Of a stretch of 64,000 nucleotides of DNA, positions 60,869-64,000 are shown one piece after another. A program made the position numbers and the translations under genes. This DNA comes from Sedimentisphaerales bacterium. Its GTDB lineage: Bacteria > Planctomycetota > Phycisphaerae > Sedimentisphaerales > SM23-30. Numbering within the stretch: position 1 is the stretch's first letter; every line of letters begins with the position of its first letter. The DNA lies in contig CAXXFK010000001.1 in the NCBI GenBank assembly GCA_963663965.2, positions 96,001-160,000 of the forward strand, written 5' to 3'. The notes beneath the pieces are model-generated. The model saw only the letters and a list, made by a program, of their open reading frames with translations. It was not told the DNA's origin and made no database searches.

Positions 60869-60947
60869 AATAATCTCCTTCTTAGTGAATAAGAGTAAAG
60901 ATAAAACTGTTTTTTTGCTAAACGTTAAGCAAATAAAAACTCATCGA

Positions 60948-61712
60948 TTATTGACAATCGAGGGTGGTACCCCAATTGTTAATGATAACATTTACATCAT
61001 CAATTCCAACGACACCGTTCTTATCGAAGTCAACACAAGGATCGTACTGGGCGCCCCAGGCGGCAATCAAAGCATTAACATCGGTAATATCTAAAACACC
61101 ATTTCCATCGGTGTCACCCTTAGCGAAGCAAGGATAGCTCCAGCATTCGGGTTCTGGTTCGCCACAAGTGACTTCCAGGTCTTCAGCAGGAACTACAACT
61201 TCAACCAAGCCGTCGCCGACAACACCGCCACGCAGGTCATCAAGAGCAACAGCAACGCCAACCATTTCAGCGCCTTCATCGCAGGTAACGGTGAAGGTGA
61301 TCAGATCGGTGTCATTACCAGGGGCGGGTTGGCCCAGGGTTTCATTGCCATCTTCATCCAGATAGCCCATGCAGATACCGAATACGCTGGCGGGCAGGGT
61401 TGCAACGCCGGCGGCATCGGGATCACACAGCGGATGAGCGTCTTCGCCAGGCAGGCTGGTGCCAACGCCATTGGTTACATAGTAATCAATATAAGCGTTG
61501 AATTCGGTATTGAGAGCAACAATGTCCTCAACACTCTGCAAAGTTCCGCCAGTGAGTGTTACGGTTAAAGCAACACCGCGAAGGCCGACTTCATCTTGAC
61601 CCAGGGCGTAAGAAATGGTTACATCTGTGCCATCGGCGGTAGCGCTGATGGAAACAGCCATGGCCGGAACGGCCAGCATAACAACTGCTAATAAAACTAG
61701 CAAATTCTTCAT
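60948..61712 (-). CDS. Secreted acidic protein with a C-terminal dockerin-like EF-hand pair
   Basis: Signal peptide; GDTDGNGVLDITDVNALIAAWG and DFDKNGVVGIDDVNVIINNWG. Confidence 0.8.
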   Translation of the reverse strand: MKNLLVLLAVVMLAVPAMAVSISATADGTDVTISYALGQDEVGLRGVALTVTLTGGTLQSVEDIVALNTEFNAYIDYYVTNGVGTSLPGEDAHPLCDPDAAGVATLPASVFGICMGYLDEDGNETLGQPAPGNDTDLITFTVTCDEGAEMVGVAVALDDLRGGVVGDGLVEVVVPAEDLEVTCGEPEPECWSYPCFAKGDTDGNGVLDITDVNALIAAWGAQYDPCVDFDKNGVVGIDDVNVIINNWGTTLDCQ

Positions 61713-62701
61713 AAGTTTCTCCTACGCGAACAGATAGACCAATATTACGATTAAAATTTACATCTAAACACCTATCGCCAAAAAACCCATGCTGTGCCAG
61801 ATATAGATAATCGCGGGAAAAGTAAAAAAACAGATTTGGAATCTAACCTGTAAATTTGCCCTGATTACGGGCCTCTATCAGGTTATTTCTCCTCAAAGGA
61901 GAGACTACTTTTAAGATGTACCAAATACTCTATTAATTTTTCAAAGAACCGTTAAGAATGTACCTAAACAGAGAAGTATATTAACATAATAAGAATAAAG
62001 GCTTTATTAGTCAAGCCAATTCCAGCATTTCCTTCTCTATATTGTTGTCAATAGACACCGTCTTTGTTTGCTATCAAGGTTCACAAATATAGTTGCAAGC
62101 TGCGAGCCATTTGTCTCAGAAAAAATACTAAAAATATAATTTCCCCTAATCTTTTACCATTAAACACTTTAACCACTTTTTCTCAAAATATTTTATCAGA
62201 CCGGATCGGGTGGGATCAGTCATATCTGTTGTTTTCAGGAACAAATCGACACCCCCATAACAACCTAATTTATTCTAAATTATACAGTTATGTAATCATA
62301 AGCGCTTCCGGATTCACGTTGACCGGATTCATCAGCCCTTAAAAACCATACAACTGTTAAGGCTGGCCCCCAACAGGCAATAAAAACATTAAATACTTAC
62401 CTTATATATGTTTACAAAATTAATCGCTGCTGTTTTATTCCTGCTGAGTGAATCCATTCCCCACAATACCCATGGCATTCTGAATCCTCCTCGAACTAAA
62501 AATAATGTAACTGACTATATTTAAATCAATTACAAAAACCTTGCCCTTAATGATATCCTGGCCTGTAAAAAATTGTTAGCCCAAAATGATGCCGGATGGA
62601 ATGGAATTCAGAAAGTTTCTGCAATGATTCATCGTCCGGGCCGATAATAAACGATACTAGTCTATGTTGATTTAATATTATCCCAGCCAGATATAGCTTT
62701 C

Positions 62702-64000
62702 ATGACAACCGCCCCCAGCAATATTATCGGACTTGAGGTATTCCCCGGCGATTTTACCAATCGTCTGCAATATTCTATTTTAAACATTCAAATCCGGCTC
62801 CGGGAAACCAGACCCGGCCAAAGCGGGGCTCTTAAGGTCTATATTAGAACCAATCTGAACCAGGGCCGGCGGATCCGGCGACAGTTTATCGATCAGGTTG
62901 AAAAGGGCCAGTCTTACTCAACAGATTATTATGACATCCCGGCCCGATGGGATGGCGCCAGAAAATGTTTTTGTGCCGAAATTGTACTTTTTGATGTTGG
63001 TTTTTTTGAGTTCAAACCCCGGGCCGAATCCAGCGATCCTAAAAATCCCTGGGTATACTGGGCCGATGGACCCAATATTGGCGTCACGGTAACGCCTCTG
63101 GAATATGGACGGGATAACGCCGTCTATTGCGCCTTTATCCGGCAGTACGGCCGTAATAAACATCTCACCAGCCTGGCCAATCCCGAACTGGAAGAACAAA
63201 TCCGCCAGCTCGAAAACCAGGGATCCTGCGTCATACCACCCTGCGGCAATTTTGAGTCGTTTAAAAACTGCCTTCCGTTCATCATTAACGAACTGGGCAT
63301 GCGTATCATTCATTTTCTGCCTATCAATCCGGTACCCGTTTCTTACGGCCGTATGGGAATGTATGGCAGTCCCTACGCCACCACCGATTATTTCGGCATC
63401 GACCAGAGTTATGGCCGGTTCAGTCGCTATAAGACGATTGAAGACCAGTTTAGCGATTTAACCAGCACCATACATGGCCTGGGTGCCCGGGCGTTTCTGG
63501 ATATGGTTATAAATCATACAGGTTGGCCCAGCAGTTTGCTGTTTACACACCGGCAATGGTTCAAAACCGCTCAGGATGGCAAACTGATTTCGCCAGGCGC
63601 CTGGGGAGTGATCTGGGGCGATCTGGTCGAACTGGATTACGGCTACAAAGATCTCTGGAAATACATGGCCGGTGTCTTTCTGGCCTGGTGTGAACGCGGC
63701 ATTGACGGCTTTCGACTCGACGCCGGGTATATGATCCCGATCCATGTCTGGCAGTATATTATTTCAAGGGTTCGGGAAGAATATCCCAATACCATGTTTT
63801 TACTGGAAGGCCTGGGAGGCCCCTGGGAAACCACCGAAGCGCTCCTGACCCGGGGTATGAATAACTGGGCCTATTCCGAACTGTTTCAAAACTACAGCAA
63901 AGAACAGATCACCTGGTACCTGGATTACGCCACTAAAATATCGCTGGGCAAGGGAGCGCTGGTCCATTACGCCGAAACCCATGACAATGATCGCCTGGCC
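62702..64000 (+). CDS. GH13 alpha-amylase-family enzyme (glycogen debranching-like), runs off the window end; absent from the ORF track
   Basis: Open frame from ATG 62702 with HFLPINP, GSPYATTDY, FLDMVINHTG, GIDGFRLDAGY (nucleophile), FLLEG (acid/base) and ETHDNDR. Confidence 0.9.
   Translation, partial: MTTAPSNIIGLEVFPGDFTNRLQYSILNIQIRLRETRPGQSGALKVYIRTNLNQGRRIRRQFIDQVEKGQSYSTDYYDIPARWDGARKCFCAEIVLFDVGFFEFKPRAESSDPKNPWVYWADGPNIGVTVTPLEYGRDNAVYCAFIRQYGRNKHLTSLANPELEEQIRQLENQGSCVIPPCGNFESFKNCLPFIINELGMRIIHFLPINPVPVSYGRMGMYGSPYATTDYFGIDQSYGRFSRYKTIEDQFSDLTSTIHGLGARAFLDMVINHTGWPSSLLFTHRQWFKTAQDGKLISPGAWGVIWGDLVELDYGYKDLWKYMAGVFLAWCERGIDGFRLDAGYMIPIHVWQYIISRVREEYPNTMFLLEGLGGPWETTEALLTRGMNNWAYSELFQNYSKEQITWYLDYATKISLGKGALVHYAETHDNDRLA

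Noticed and set aside
1..64000. tRNA, rRNA, integrase or prophage genes
   Set aside because: No cloverleaf/T-loop signatures, rRNA segments, recombinase or phage structural motifs recognised by eye.

Overview
Bacterial chromosomal window, most likely a Planctomycetota/Phycisphaerae-type genome. This is inferred from the PEP-CTERM proteins, a prepilin-type protein ending in N-x-L-Y-x-D-G, dockerin-like C-termini, a TIGR04138-type gene after metG, and a truncated dcw cluster with no ftsZ in the window. Layout: 0.8-14.6 kb housekeeping (purB, pyrE, sulfatase-glycosidase fusion, GT2, histone-H1-like Hc1, fabZ, UvrC-like, tmk, holB, PSP1/RicT, metG). 14.6-29 kb accessory block with many single-base frameshifts, probably long-read homopolymer errors (Fic, MDR oxidoreductase, M60 peptidase, AAA-DUF4143, a 178-bp MITE, murB, prepilin-type protein, large secreted NHL/FGE-fold protein, extended ECF sigma). 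29.7-36.2 kb giant GLUG/PASTA/LamG surface protein with 951-bp repeats. 36.3-42.5 kb decaying stress-gene patch bracketed by a duplicated promoter+ORF. 42.6-44.5 kb perR-prx-bfr. 44.6-54.2 kb dcw cluster. 54.8-61.7 kb exported and PEP-CTERM proteins. A GH13 enzyme runs off the right end. The most novel signals are non-coding: (1) a ~105-nt motif in three copies (29.5, 41.4, 60.0 kb) with stems kept despite sequence change, a candidate undescribed structured RNA; (2) a second ~100-nt motif in three copies (37.5, 38.9, 54.5 kb); (3) an array of 9/10-nt periodic elements at 36.4 kb; (4) a fixed-geometry CAAACGAACCCAA-N18-TAA-N19-TTA element hidden in a low-complexity ORF tail. All family assignments come from motif recognition by eye; no searches were run.
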